64,000 nucleotides of DNA from the human T2T-CHM13v2.0 reference genome, Homo sapiens: the NCBI RefSeq assembly GCF_009914755.1, contig NC_060926.1; one strand, given 5' to 3'. Shown in pieces: positions 40,422 through 55,448 of this stretch. The translations under genes and the position numbers were made by a program. The notes beneath the pieces are model-generated. The model was not told where the DNA came from and made no database searches. It saw only the letters and a program-made list of their open reading frames with translations. Each line of letters opens with the position of its first letter. The stretch's first letter is position 1.

Positions 40422-41139
40422 TGGGTAACATTCACTTTAGCTTCACAAGCAAAGGAGTAATTCTCACTTTTCCATACTTTCTGAACCCTGAATATACGCT
40501 ACCATACTCTGTGCTGCAAAATCAACTGTCTACCTCCAGAATCCCCATTGGCCTTGGGGCTGCACTAAAATTACAGAGCTCTACAGCAGGGTAGACACAG
40601 AGGATATGAGGGGAATTATGACAAGGTTCTTATCCTTTAAAATCACTGAGCAGCCACAGAGATACTAGATTCTAGCAGTCACTCGATATATCTGACTGTT
40701 TAGAATAGATCACAGAAACTAGTGGAATCCTGATGCTATTTTCTAGTAATACTGGTGACGATGGACATCATTGCATGATAATATTGGAAATTAGAAAAGA
40801 CTTAAGGCACCCATTATTCCCTGACTATAGATTAGACTAGAGTTATATAATAGATCTAAGCATTTTTACTCTATTTTTCCAATAACATTAATGAACATAA
40901 TGAAAAAACTGTATAGTACACTTAACGTTCAAATATAGATTCACATCTATGAGAAAAAATAGCAACTCAGTACTATGAAATTTATCACCAGTCTTTGGGG
41001 CAGCTATTCTAAAGCTTCTATCTCCATGATTCTTAAACTGTTAAAGGAAATTACTTTAAAATTCGAAATGTTAACAAATTAAAAAAAAAAGTTAACTCAA
41101 ATTACTTCGAAATTCTAAATATTAACAAATAAAAAAACA

Positions 41140-42745
41140 AAAGTTATCTCAAAATGGATCATAGACCCAAATGTAAAACACGAAACTATAAAACTTCTAG
41201 AAAATAACATAGGAGAACGGCTGGGTGACCCTTGATTTCTTGATGACTTTTTATATACAACATCAAAAGCATGTGTCATGAAAGAAAAAACGGTAAGTTG
41301 GACTTCGCTGAAATTTATATCGTCTGTTCTGAGAAAGACACTGTTAAGGGAGTGAAAAGACAAGCCGCAGATTGGAATAAAATGTTTGAAAAACATGTAT
41401 CTGATAAAGAACTGGTATCAGAACTATACAGGAACTCTTAAAGGTCAACAATAAAAAGCCAAACAATTCAATTTAAAAATGGTCAACCTAACTGAATAGA
41501 CACCTCACTGAGGAAGATATACTGGTGACAAATAAGCATATAACAAAATCCTCATCATCATATGTCATTAAGAAATTGCACATCAGAACAGTGAGATACC
41601 ACCGTATACCTATTAGAATAACTAAATTCCAAAACACTGACAACAAATACTGACTAGGATATGAGGCAACATGAAATCTCATCGTTGCTGGTAAAAATGC
41701 AAAATGTTACAGCCACCTTGGAAGATAATTGGCAGTTCCTTAAAAAGCTAAGTATAGCCTTACCAGAACAATCCAGCAATAGCACTCTTAGATATTTACT
41801 CAAATGAATTAAAAACGTATGTCCCCACAAAAACTTGCACGAAAGTGTTTATAGCAGTGTTATCCATAATCGCCAAAACTCAGAAGCAACCAAGATGTCC
41901 TTCAACAGGCAAATGGATAAAACAGTGGTAGATTTATGCAATGGATTGTTATTTATTGATTAAAGAGAAATGAGCTACCAAGCCATGTAAAGATATGGAG
42001 GAAACTTAAATCCATATTGCTAAATGAAAGAAGTCAATCTGAAAGGGCTACTGATCCTAACTGAATGACACTCTGGAAAAGGGGAAACATCAAGTACATA
42101 TGGACACAAAGATGGGAACAACAGACACTGGGGCCTACTTCAGATTGGAGAGTGGGAGGAAGGTAAGGATAAAAAAACTACCTATTGGGTACTATGCTTA
42201 TCACCTGGGTGGTGAAACAATCTGTACACAAGACCCCCATGATATGCAATTTACCTGTATAACAAATCTGCCCACGTACCTCTAAACCTAACAGTTAAAA
42301 AGTTAATTAATTAAAAATAGATAAATAAATAAACCCATGAAGACAGTAGAAAGACCAATGGTTGCTGGGGGATTGAGGGAAAAAAAGGAGAAATAAAAAG
42401 GTGTTTTCCTCAATTTTGGGGGAATTTTTAGAACAGTGAAATGATTCTATACAGTACTGTAATGGTGGATGCATCATCCACCATAACAAATGGCATTACA
42501 CATTTGTCAAAATCCATAGAACTATGCAACATAAAACATAAACCCTAATATAAACTATGGACTTATGAATAATGTATCAATATTGGTTCATCAATTGTAA
42601 CAAAGTACCATGCCAATGCAAGATGTTAAAAGTAGAGGAAACAGTGCAGGGAGAGAAAGGGTATGTAGGCACTCACTGTCCTTTCTGCTCAATTTTCCGT
42701 AAATCTAAAATAGCTCTAAAAGATAAAGTACATTAATTTAAAAAG
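41140..42745 (+). mobile_element. L1MC-like LINE (ORF2 3' end and 3'UTR)
   Basis: ctcaaaatggatcatagacccaaatgtaaaa…aaccctaatataaactatggactt..aataatgtatcaatattggttcatcaattgtaacaaa. Confidence 0.88.
42090..42333 (+). mobile_element. Old L1PA 3' fragment nested in the L1MC
   Basis: ggacacaaagatgggaacaacagacactgggg..aaaactacctattgggtactatgcttatcacctgggtg..aataaataaa; host resumes afterwards. Confidence 0.85.
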
Positions 42746-43114
42746 ATAAAGCTTCCCAGCATGCTGGGGAAGTGGATGGCTCAGAATCTTCTCCACTAAT
42801 TCCTCCCAGAAGTTATCACCCCATGCAGGCTGCTGAACTCATCAAACTTACTGTAGTAAAACAAAAGTAGCCTCAGCTGAGTCTCAGACTTCATTCTTGA
42901 CAATCTCTGAACCTGGACCACGTACACAACTATTTTGTAAGAAAACCCTAAAGAAAGCAGCAAGAATAATAATAGCTACTACATACTAGGAAGTGTGCCA
43001 GCCATTTTGCATTCTTTTATTTAATCTTTATAACAACATGTGACATCGGTTGTAATATAATTGCCTTATAGGAAAAAAATAAAAAGAGAGACAATATGAT
43101 TTCCTCAACATAAC

Positions 43115-43474
43115 TGTATTAGTCCATTTTCACGTTGCCGATAAATACATATCTGAGATTGGGTAATTTATATAGAAAAAGACATTTAATGGACTCACAG
43201 TTCCACGTGGGCTAGGGAGGACTCACAGTCATGGCAGAAGGTGAAAGGCACATCTTACATGGCGGCAGACAAGAGAGAAAATGAGAACCAAGCAAAAGGG
43301 GTTTCCCCTTATAAAACCATCAGGTCTCGTGAGACTTATTCACTACCATGAGAACAGTATGGGGGAAACGGCCCCCATGATTCGATTATCTCCCTCCAGG
43401 TCCCTCCCACAATACATGGGAATTCTGGGAGCTGCAATTCAAGATTTGGGTGGGGACACAGCCAAATCATATCA
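43115..43474 (-). mobile_element. THE1A/B-like solo LTR inserted in a MIR
   Basis: tgtattagtccattttcacgttgccgataaa … ggggacacagccaaatcatatca; TSD (a/g)taac. Confidence 0.93.
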
Positions 43475-44328
43475 GTAACATACCAAATTATTATGAGAGC
43501 CAAGTTGCAAACTCTGATCTATTACAAACTAATATTTGTGCTCTTTCCATTAGGCACAATTTTTTCTCAATTCTGTGGGAATTCCCTTGAGTTGCAGCCC
43601 CTGGGTTTTGTGTGTGTAACATTTGAGATTGACACAATGCATTTCAGACATTTTTTCTAGCAATATATTAACACGTCTTCTCCAAAGATTAACATTCTCA
43701 TCATAATGGGCTTGTTTGTTTGTGGTAATACATATGAATGCCAATATGTCAACTTTCACATATGCCCCTGCTCCAACCAAAAGCCACCTGCATGTTGTTT
43801 TAGGTCACAAACAGCAGTGGGCCACAGCTATCATGGGAGCAAGATACGGTCAGTCAGGGTTAAAATCGGGGATCCAAAATGGTAGCCTACTTTCAAGGAA
43901 ATAGGTGGGTGTAAAGGAATCAAGCAGTAGGATCCAGAAAATAAGCAAATAATCAGGAATCAAGAGATTCACCCACAGCATGAGATGAACTCTGTGCAAC
44001 TGAGCTACTCTGTCTCATCCCTGGAGCTTTCTTATGTTTCCTGAGAATAGCAGATTTACAGGTTGAAATATATGAATCTCACCAGGCTGGAGTGAACATG
44101 TGGAGAGGAAAGTAGTTCCTACAATATTCTTTTATTTTTCTGAAAATAAGAGTAATAATCTTTTTAAGATTTAACTATGTGCCAAGCACTGTGTCTACCC
44201 TATGTTATCTCAAATAATGACCAAAGAAACCCAGTGAAAAAAATAATGTTATCCTCATTTTACAGAAGGAAAAGTGTGGCTCCAAAAGCTTAAACAACTT
44301 TCTGATAGTAAGTTTGAGTCAAGATTCA

Positions 44329-44630
44329 GGCTGGGCACAGTGGTTCATGCCCGTAATCCCAGCACTTTGGGAAGCTGAGGTGGGCAGATTGCTTGAGCTC
44401 AGAAGTTCAAAACCAGCCTGGGCAACATGGTGAAACCCCACCTCTACCACAAATACAAAAAATTAGCGAGGCATGGTGGTGCATGCCTGTGGTCCCAACT
44501 ACTTGGAAGGCTGAGGACAGAGGATCACTTGAGCCCAGGAGGCAGAGATGGCAGTGAGCCAAGATTATGCCACGGCCCTCCAGCCAGAGCAACAGTGAGA
44601 CCCTGCCAAAAAAAAAAAAGAAGAAGAAGA
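44329..44630 (+). mobile_element. Alu (AluJb-like) inserted in an antisense MIR
   Basis: gattgcttgagctc, gaggatcacttgagcccagg, A/GAA tail; MIR sequence on both sides (44150-44700). Confidence 0.92.
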
Positions 44631-45029
44631 AGGTTTAGATGCAAATCTTGTTGATTCCAAAATAGGTGATGTAAGCCACTATAACATTGCCTTGCTACCA
44701 AATGTTGGGTGGTGATAAACTACTACTCTCTGGCATTTTTTATGGATCCGCTTCATTCATTCTGACAATATTAATAGTCACAATTAAAATGGATGGCCCT
44801 TTTTGGGGATAAAGCTTTAAGCTGGTGGAATGCACGGCAGAGTTGTACCAGGCTGCTCAAGCCTCTACATGACACAATACAGAGATGCTGCCGGCCTTGC
44901 CATCTACTTCAGCAGCATCAGGAACCTCATCTAGTTCCCCTTTTGTGCCGTTAGCAGCATGTTCCTTGCCTGGAACTTAGTTAGTGCTTAACAGATGCTT
45001 GATTTTTTTTAAAGGCATATTATTGGCAT

Positions 45030-45270
45030 TATAGTTACAAGAAGGGGCTGAAAGTCAAACATATTTGTGTCCAAATCCTAGTTCCACTTATTCAGTGTAT
45101 GATCTTAGTAAAGGTACACAATCTCACTGACCCTCAGTGTCCTCATCAATAACACGGGCCTTTATAACACCTACCTCATATTGTTGAAATGATTCCAATG
45201 AGAGAAGATATTCAAAGCATTCAGTACAGTGCCTGCCATACAGAATGTAGTAAATAGTAACCTCTGCTTC
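45030..45270 (+). mobile_element. MIR SINE
   Basis: caaatcctagttccactta..ccctcagtgtcctcatc..acacctacctcata..agtacagtgcctgccatacag. Confidence 0.75.
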
Positions 45271-45559
45271 TTTATTTTCTTTTCCACATAACCTGTTGTA
45301 CTTTCTCACTAACAGACAAGAGATTACAGTAATTTTAATACTGAAACGTATGCTTGTAAGGTTGACATGAACAAAAGTATCTTATTTAGGGTATTAATTT
45401 TAGAATATAGTAGCTCATTTTCTCAATGGATGAGAAGTTACTTAAATAAAAAAGTAATCTTCTTTGCAAATTAGAATCCCAGTCCCATAAATCTGATATC
45501 TGTTCATCTTTTGAATTCCATCAATCCTCAGTTCTTCAGGCTATGGCTGTTTTATGCAA

Positions 45560-46800
45560 GTCACAGCAAAACAGGGCTCCGATTTGTCAGTTACACTCCA
45601 TAGATATAAGGGTACACAGATAAAATCTATTAGGCCAGCAGGGCACCCATTAATGTTTCAGTGGCAGTAATTAAATCCTGATGGAAAAATAACTACAAAT
45701 ATTTCCTCAAAACTGAACCAGATGTTTTGGCAACCGAATGAAGGCACAAACCTGAAAAGCTCTGCATGCCACGGGCAAGGCTCCTCAGAAGCGAACCTTC
45801 TGTGAGCCACAGACTGCACAATGTCTCAGCCTGCCGCAATGTTAAATAACAGCCAAAGAAAGTCTCTCCTTCTGGGAAACTGCAGTCCATCCGGGCACAC
45901 AAAGAAACAATTGGAAGAACTGGAAATTTATTAAGAACCCCTCTAATGATGAGGCAAAATGATTAACACATTTATATTTCCATGTGTGAGACCACGAGCA
46001 ATTCACAGTAGCACTCCAACTTAGTCATGCCTCATATATCATCTTTCCATGATACAATTTCCTAATTAATGGGCAGTAAAAATATTAATTATTGCCATTT
46101 TCATTTAGCATTCAATTAACAAATGAAAACATAAAATGCATTTCCACGGCTGGTCAAAAACGACCTAGCGGACCCCTAAGTAACCAGCATCCTTTTCTTT
46201 CTATCTTTTAGATCGTTGCTTTCTTTTTTTTTATCCCTATCTTGCTACTCTTAGACAGGCACTCTGGCCCATTTCCCTTCTCAGTATATCATTTAAATAT
46301 CTCGACAAAATGTTTTCCAGCAAGGCAGAGCTCACTCTTGCCCTGGCATGCATATCTACCATGAAGCTGTCATGTGTCCTGTCATGAAATGAGATGAGAA
46401 GAGTTATTTGATCCGTGGAGACTTAAATTAATAACGGTGGCACTGGTTTCCATCAGCAGGGTCAGCAGCAACGGGTGAGAGGAACACTGGCGCAGCTGGA
46501 CTTTAATTCAATGCGGTGAGTCTTGAACTTCAAGAAGGGAGGGATAAGAGGCTTCTCAGCCATCACGTCCGCACAAGACTGTGGAGCACAACTGAGTGAC
46601 ACCGGCTACCGTCTCCTTATGCTGGTGAATTTCACTCTGTCGAGTCAATTGCTACCCTGGTACCTCTCTTATTAGTGTTAATTTATCTGCAGTGTTAAGG
46701 AGGTTAACGACACTGTTATTTTCTCTGCTACTGAGTTTTCCTGCATGTCTGCGGGATAATATTCACAGTAACCTCATCAGAGGAAGGAGTCACAGAGAGG
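45560..46800. promoter_or_regulatory. Repeat-free, TAAT-rich segment retaining CpGs; candidate conserved non-coding element/enhancer
   Basis: No recognisable transposable element; many TAATTA/ATTAAT motifs, a CAGCTG E-box, about a dozen CpGs in 46410-46760. Confidence 0.35.
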
Positions 46801-47940
46801 ACCTGACTGAACAATAAATAACCTTTAAAAAATAATGTGTCCTTCAGAGAGAGGAAACCAAGCAGTATAATGTTAATTGTGGAGACTATGGAGGAAACAT
46901 TTTTCATCCATCAAGAATGACAGTATAAGGGTTGCACATTCCGTAAAACACAATATCACATAACATCCTATATAAAGGACTGAAGCTATAATTTCAAGCA
47001 GTTCTCATCGGTTCAAATTGAAATTCATTAAGGAAAGAGTTGCAGATATTTTCTAATTAGCCTTCATAATTCTTCTTGCATTATTTTTGTGTCAAACATT
47101 GCTTCATAGACCTGAGCTTCCCACGGTAGCAAACACAGTTAGGAGATACAGTTTCTTGCCTCTCTCGATACCAATAAGCCATATACTCCAAATCAAAGCA
47201 TTTCCTCCATTTCCTCATGTGGTGATAAGATGTATGCTCCTCTTGACTCCCTGCAACCCTTGGTTTGTATCAGGATTTGCTGACCTGATAATTGCCAACT
47301 TTCTAAAAGTCATCTGTATAAAAGTCCCAGTGTTATAAGCACAATTTAAAACGTTATTTTAAAATCATCATCTAATATAACTAGAGAGACTATTTGAGAT
47401 GTTCTGTGGTTCCACAATTTGATGCTTCTCATATTGAAAGGACTGTTCTTGAAATTCTTTGGGAAATGATTATATTTTAAAGTTATATCTTAGAGTTTGC
47501 CTTTCTTTCTCCTTTTAAAATCCAGACCCTTTAGCATGTTATTAAAATCCACCCACGGAGAGAAAAAGAAAAAATCTGCCGTTCATAAACTTTTGCCAAC
47601 CAACAAATTCCCAAATACTACTACAGCAAATTATTCCCGACATAAACTGCAGTAAAATGTGAATAACAATTTTAAATGACCCCTCAGCCTCTTAATTTTC
47701 TGTCACTTGAGAAACGGCTTTGAATTGGCTGAAGCAAGTGCAAAAGTGTTTTCATGCAATGCTACATCTTACTCCTACATGGAATATATGTGGAACTTTA
47801 CCCATGAGAAATTCAAGCCATTGCTGAGCTCAAATTATCTGTTATTTTCTAAAAGAACAGATAACTTGTTTTTCCTGCACTTCTTCAACTCTCTCTTGCC
47901 TTGCATTACCCATCCTTCTCTTTTAGAAGTCCTTTCCCAT

Positions 47941-47971
<31 letters not shown>

Positions 47972-48365
47972 ATAATTTGGTCACCTCCTGATAGTTATAA
48001 TAGGAGGAGTTAGTAGAAAATAACAAAGATGAGCCAAAATGTTGATACTGATAAGTCTGCTGGGTTTATTCTTTTGTGCCACCCTTGAAGAAAATGGTTT
48101 AAACTTTTATGCACTTCATCAAAACTATAAATTATTTTGTTTCATGGATCTCTAGGACTACTCCTAAATAATCAATTTGTAAATATAATTTCTATGAATC
48201 CCAGTAGCCACACAGAGACACACATACACATACATAATTTTCCCCTGGCCTTTTGACAGACAGCTCCTTGAGTCATCAATTTCTTTATTTTACTCTCTCT
48301 GTGGACAATGATTCCCACTGAATATGGTAATTAATAGAAGTTGTAACGGAAAACGAAAGGCTTTT

Positions 48366-48892
<527 letters not shown>

Positions 48893-49364
48893 TCATTCAG
48901 TAGCTACCATGTACTTTAGAGTCATGAAGTCTTGGTTATAAATAGCAGAGTATAGGAACTTATCCCCTTTGTGCACATGAGGATACTAAAACTTAGAGAA
49001 GCAAGGCAACTGTAAGAATTGAACAGTTGTCAGCACAGAAAAAGGTGACTTCAAAGCTTGTGCTCTTTGTACAGCACCTCTCTGCCTCTGAATTTTGTGC
49101 ATCTTGTGTTGGCATGCCCCATCCTGGGAAACACCCTACATCTCTAGGCTAAACATTAGCCCAGACATCAAGTACCTCATCCATTTTGACACTGGTCATT
49201 AACTCTGAGAACCGAAAGGTATCTGTTTGTGTTGTGAACTGCTGTGTTTTGAAAAACATCTGTGTGTCCCTGGTAAAAATTAGAGATATAAGGATTAACT
49301 TAGTCATTCCCATTAGTAGTATGGCTTGCCTGGTATATTTTTCTCATTGTGCTATCACATAACT

Positions 49365-49790
49365 ATGTTTTCGGTTGCAAGCACAACCACCCACTTGAGT
49401 TAATTTAAGCTTTGGTGATTCAGAAGAGTAACTGCTAAACAAGAATGGGGAGGGTAAAGAATCAGGATTGAAAAACAGAAAGCAATCAAGGAAGGCTAGG
49501 GATGAGAATCTGGAAAGAACATCATCCCCACTGCCACTGCACAGCTGTGACACCACTGAATGCAAACCCCACAGTGCCACCACTTCTGCTGAGTTACATC
49601 ATCTCAGTGCAAATCATACACCCGATGTTCAGAGTCCTGGGTGAGGGTGTTAGACTGATGGGGCCTAAGTCGATCATCTTTCCTCCCAGCTGGTCTCTGG
49701 GGGACAGGGAGAAGTTGAATACATTCTGTAGTAAAATGGTGACCTTTCCCCCCAATCAAGACTCATACAGCAGACGGTCACCAAAACAGG
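49365..49790 (-). mobile_element. Old MLT1-type LTR fragment
   Basis: tttcggttgcaagcacaacc.., gactgatggggcctaagtcgatcat, ccagctggtctctggggga. Confidence 0.45.
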
Positions 49791-49905
49791 AAAGTTTTTT
49801 TTGTTGTTGTGGTTGATCATAAAAGAAAAAAGGCAAGTGTCCACGACAAGTAGCTTTGAAAAACTCTTCCAAATGTTTCTATTTAGCATAAATAAGATTC
49901 ATAGA

Positions 49906-50219
<314 letters not shown>

Positions 50220-51291
50220 TTATTTGATTGAATGAGAACATAGTGAGATGAAGAATGCTTTATTTAATTCCTAAGTGTCTAAGTTTGTTTTTGTTTGTTT
50301 TAAATATATCAATATTTATTTTCAGATATTGTTTATTAATCAGTATTACAATTCATGACCAGTGTGATATAGCAAAGAATCTCAGAATTCAGTGTATACC
50401 TCTTTTCATTATTGAAACTTAAAAACATGGAAAAATACTGCTGTTAGAAAAATTAGTGCCCAGCAGGGAGCAGTGACCTGGTAGAGATGAAGTTAAGAAT
50501 CCTGCTATCCAATCATTGTTCTACTACCTGCTGTCTCTGCACTCTGCTACTGGAATCTCTGCTCCAAGCCCAGGTCCCTCATATGTGATTTGGAGCTAAC
50601 AATACCTCGGCAGGATATTACTGAGGGTGAAATGTGGTAGTGCCTGGCACATAGTAAGCTCTTAGTAATTATTAAATCTAAATGTTTATCTCTTTACAGG
50701 ATTGAAGCCAGTGGTTATAAACTATTAATCAACACAATTTTCTCCCATTACTACTCTGTGCTCATAAGGGCAATTCTAGATCCTAAGTACTTTTAAACTG
50801 GCAGTTCCAGATAGGGTTGGCTTTATTGGGTTCTAAAACTTAAACCACAACTATAAGTCACATTCATCTGAAACGCATTCTTCTCCAACCTTTATATTAT
50901 TGAGAGTCTCTCTGAACAAACTCATTTTGCCGGGGAACTTCACCAATTGTTGAGCCATCATGGTCAGGGTGTCTGCTATGTTGGAAGCATTTGAATAGGC
51001 TGATGTCGAAGGTGGGCACAGGAAACCATAAAGTGCACTTCTGCCCTCTTGGGAGCTTGCAATTTAGTTGAGGAGAAAAATACAGAGGCAGACATGTATG
51101 CAACCTATACCAACAAGAAGTTAGCTCCGCATTTGAGTTTACTAACTAACAAGGGCTGTTGGAGCCCAAGGGTAGTGATCACTGTGGTATAGCCTAAGCA
51201 GGATGGAGAGGGGTGAGAATTAATGGAAAATGCTTGCTCTTGAGAAGGGATTAAAGGAAGACTATAACTGGAATAGAAAAGAAAAGAGAAG

Positions 51292-51638
<347 letters not shown>

Positions 51639-53096
51639 CTAAAATGAGACAAAACAGGATGGAATAGGAATGTTTTCGTGTGTGCTAGGAAAAAAAAAAA
51701 AAAGTTGTCACTATCTGGAGCTTTGGTTGAACCAGAAAAATCCATGGATTTCCCCATATCCCACCTCTGTAGTAAATTTCCTATCTTCTTCTTCACTAGA
51801 CACCTGAAAATTAGTGTTGGTGTGTCACATGGTCCCACAAAATTCCTGGTAACCTTTCTCATCTCGAATTTACATACTGATGATAACCATCAAACTATCT
51901 TAAAATTATATTACTATACTTTATATAAATTCTCTTTTCCAGTTTCATGAAGATATGTCTTAAATTGTTCAGTTCAAAACAATTATTTCCCTGAAAATAA
52001 TTTTAAGGCTGTAGCATCCTTGGAGGCTGTCCATGCATAGTTTCCCCAGAGCTTTGCTAAACCTCTGAGCCTCCTCATCCACACAGAAGAGAAAGGAGGT
52101 ATTCCAAAGGGAAACTTAAATTTACAATATGGAAGGTAGCTAAGGGACTTCAGTGTTCTTAATAAAAAAACATTGTGTGAGCCTCTGTTTGAAATGTTAT
52201 TTTTATGATGCCAACTATGGTAATTGTGCTGTCCCTGAAGTATTAGAGGTAGGTGGCTAATTTTCACAGTGATTCAGGCCATCATTGTTACACTAGGTGT
52301 TTACTGTCCTGGTCTCATTAGATGACTGTTGATTATTTTTCTCAGTGGAATTATAAATGTATTTTTCTTCTCTTGGTGGATTTTATTTTCCACATTCGGA
52401 ATGTCTACTTATCATGGTACTTAAAGTCTATCTTTATGCTATATCCTGGTTATTTTTACATTGAATGGGCCTAGGATGTCCGAGTATTAATTCTAAATCT
52501 TTCAGTGTTTCAGTCTTCAGCTTCTGAATTCATTTTCACACTATTTATAGCTTTCTACCTTTAAAAATTGGTTCTGTGGAGTAATTTTGCTAGAACCACT
52601 CCATGAATTAATGAAATGATACAACCTCTATTACAATGGATTTCATCAACATATTTGGGGCTTTTGCTACATAGCAACTTAAAAGGAGCACTTAAAAGAC
52701 AGCACAGACTTATGGCCATAGAGCAAATATATACACTGTACTACAGTTGTCAGAGATGTTCTTAGAATAGAGCTCTATGAAGGCTTACTGAACTAACACT
52801 AGTGATGGAGGAGGCTCTGAGGCTCAGACAGATGACATTGTTCACTAACACTCTCATGTAATGAACTCTAAGGAACCTGGAGTAAAAGTCCTGTATTCAC
52901 AATTCTATCTGAGCATGAACACCAATATACAGGGCGCAATGAAGAGTGAAACAAAAGCAAAATAGGTGTTAGAGAGGGAAGTAAAAAGAACACAAGAAAA
53001 TGAGTTGCTGTCATTTTAAGTACCTTTCCACAGGACTCTCTGGCCCTTTTCTGTTTATGCTAAGAGCTAGCCTCCTCCCTAGTCAAAGATTGGCTA

Positions 53097-53390
53097 TCAG
53101 CAAACTAGTACAGGAACAGAAAACCAAATGCCTCATGTTCTTACGTAGATGTGGGAACTAGTGATGAGAACACATGGGCACATGGAGGGGAAAACACACT
53201 GGGCCTACATGAGGGTGGAGGGTGGGAGGACGGAGAGGATCAGGAAAAGTAACTAACAGGTACTAGGCTTAATACCAGGGTGACAAAATAATCTGTACAA
53301 TGAACTCCTATGACACAAGTTTACCTATGTAGCAAACCTGCACATGTAGCCCTGAACTTAAAATAAAAATTAAATAAAAAATAAAAAATA
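53097..53390 (+). mobile_element. L1PA (older) 3' end
   Basis: tcagcaaacta..caggaacagaaaaccaaa…gagaggatcaggaaaa..aataatctgtacaa…cctgaacttaaaataaaa; TSD aaagattggc(t/c)atc brackets the L1 plus the following Alu. Confidence 0.9.
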
Positions 53391-53736
53391 GGCTGGGCAC
53401 AGTGGCTCATACCCGTAATCCCAGCACTTTGGGAGGCCGAGGCAGGCCGATCACTTGAGGCCATCAGTTCGAGACCAGCCTGGCCAACATGGCAAAACCT
53501 CGTCTCTACAAAAATACAAAAAATTAGCCGGGCATGGTGGCACGCGCCTGTGATCCCAGCTACTCGGGAGGCTGAGGCAGGAGAATCACTTGAACCTGGG
53601 AGGTGGAGGTTGCAGTGAGCTCACATTGTGCCACTGCACTTCAGCTTGGGCAACAGAGCAAGATAAAAAATAAAAAAAAAAAAAATAAAAAATAAATAAA
53701 TAAAAATAAAATAAATAAATAAATAATACAAAATAA
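53391..53736 (+). mobile_element. Alu (AluS) inserted in the L1 poly-A tail
   Basis: GGCTGGGCACAGTGGCTC start; long A/TAAA tail. Confidence 0.94.
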
Positions 53737-54132
53737 AGATTGGCCATCTACCGCAGACGGCTAGGAGGAGAAAAAATTTGCCTGCCTTATATTATTTCTT
53801 TTTCTTAATCAGAAAACGTAAGTGGAAGGATTACTGGGGTTCCACGAAGCTATATGCTGGCTTTCCCAAATTGTAGAAGACAATGACACAAGAAGAGAGA
53901 TTGAGTTTGGGAGAGATGAACAGTGAGGAAAAAGGCTTGTATATAAACATCCTGCTCCTTAAAATTTGCAAAAATCATGCCGAAAGTAGCTCGGATGTAT
54001 TCATTACCTATTGCTATGCAACAAATTATCCCCAAACTTAGTAGTATAAAATAACAAACATTTATTATTTCTCATTTCTGTGAGTCAGGAATCTAGGCGC
54101 CATTTGGCTGGGTGATTTTAGCTTAAGATCTT

Positions 54133-54731
54133 TGTATTAGCCAGGGTTCCCTAGAGGGACAGAACTATATAACTATTTAACTATATATATATAGTTTATA
54201 ACTTTATAACTATATAACTATATATGTATATAGTTTATAACTATTAACTATATATAGTTTATAACTATTAACTATATATAGTTTATAACTATTAACTATA
54301 TATAGTTTATAACTATTAACTATATATAGTTTATAACTATATAACTATATATATGAGTTTATTAATTATTAACTTACATGATCACAAGGTCCCACAATAG
54401 GCTGTCCTCAAGCTTGAGGAGCTAGGAGAGTCAGTCCAAGTCTCAAAACTGAAGAACCTGGAGTCTGATGTTGGAGGGCAGGAAGCATCCAGCATGGGAG
54501 AAAGATGTAGGCTGGGAGGCTAGGCCAGTCTCTCTTTTTCACGTTTTTCTGCCTGCCTTACGTTCAATGACAACTGATTAGATTTTGCCCACCAGATTAA
54601 GGGTGGATCTGCCTTTCCCAGCCCACTGACTCAAATATTAATATCTTTTGACAACACCCTCACAGACACATCCAGGATTAATACTTTGTATCCTTCAATC
54701 CAATCAAGTTGACACTCAGTATTAACCAACA
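54133..54731 (-). mobile_element. MLT2A (HERVL) solo LTR
   Basis: tgtattagccagggttccctagagggacagaacta … cacaaggtcccacaataggc … caagttgacactcagtattaaccaaca; TSD (a/g)tctt. Confidence 0.9.
54161..54355. repeat. AT-rich minisatellite, 24-bp unit AACTATATATAGTTTATAACTATT
   Basis: Four near-perfect copies at 54246-54341 plus degenerate flanking copies. Confidence 0.92.
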
Positions 54732-55117
54732 GTCTTTCAGGAGGTTATAGTCAAACTATTGACAAGAGTTTCAGTCTCATCTGAAGTCTCAACTTGGGAA
54801 GCATCTGCTACCAAGCTTGCTCACAGGGTTGTTAACAGTTTCAGTTCCTCGCTAGTCACTGGACTGAAGGACTCAGTTTATTGCTAGCTGTTGGCCAGAG
54901 ACCTACCTCAGTTCATTGTCATATGAGCCACTCCATGGGGCATATAGCATGACAGCCAGCTTCCCTCAGAGCATGAAAGCAAGAAAGAATGCTTAGGGTG
55001 AAAGCCATGGCCTTTCATCTTCAGGAAGGAACATCCCATCACATTTGCTATACTGTATTTATCAAAAGTGAGTCACTAGGTCTAGCCTACACTTAAGAGG
55101 TGAAATTACACAAGGGC

Positions 55118-55448
<331 letters not shown>

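Noticed and set aside
43690-44100. Possible ancient Gypsy-like LTR remnants (also ~32550-33010 and ~59160-59450)
   Set aside because: The resemblance is too vague to call without a profile search.
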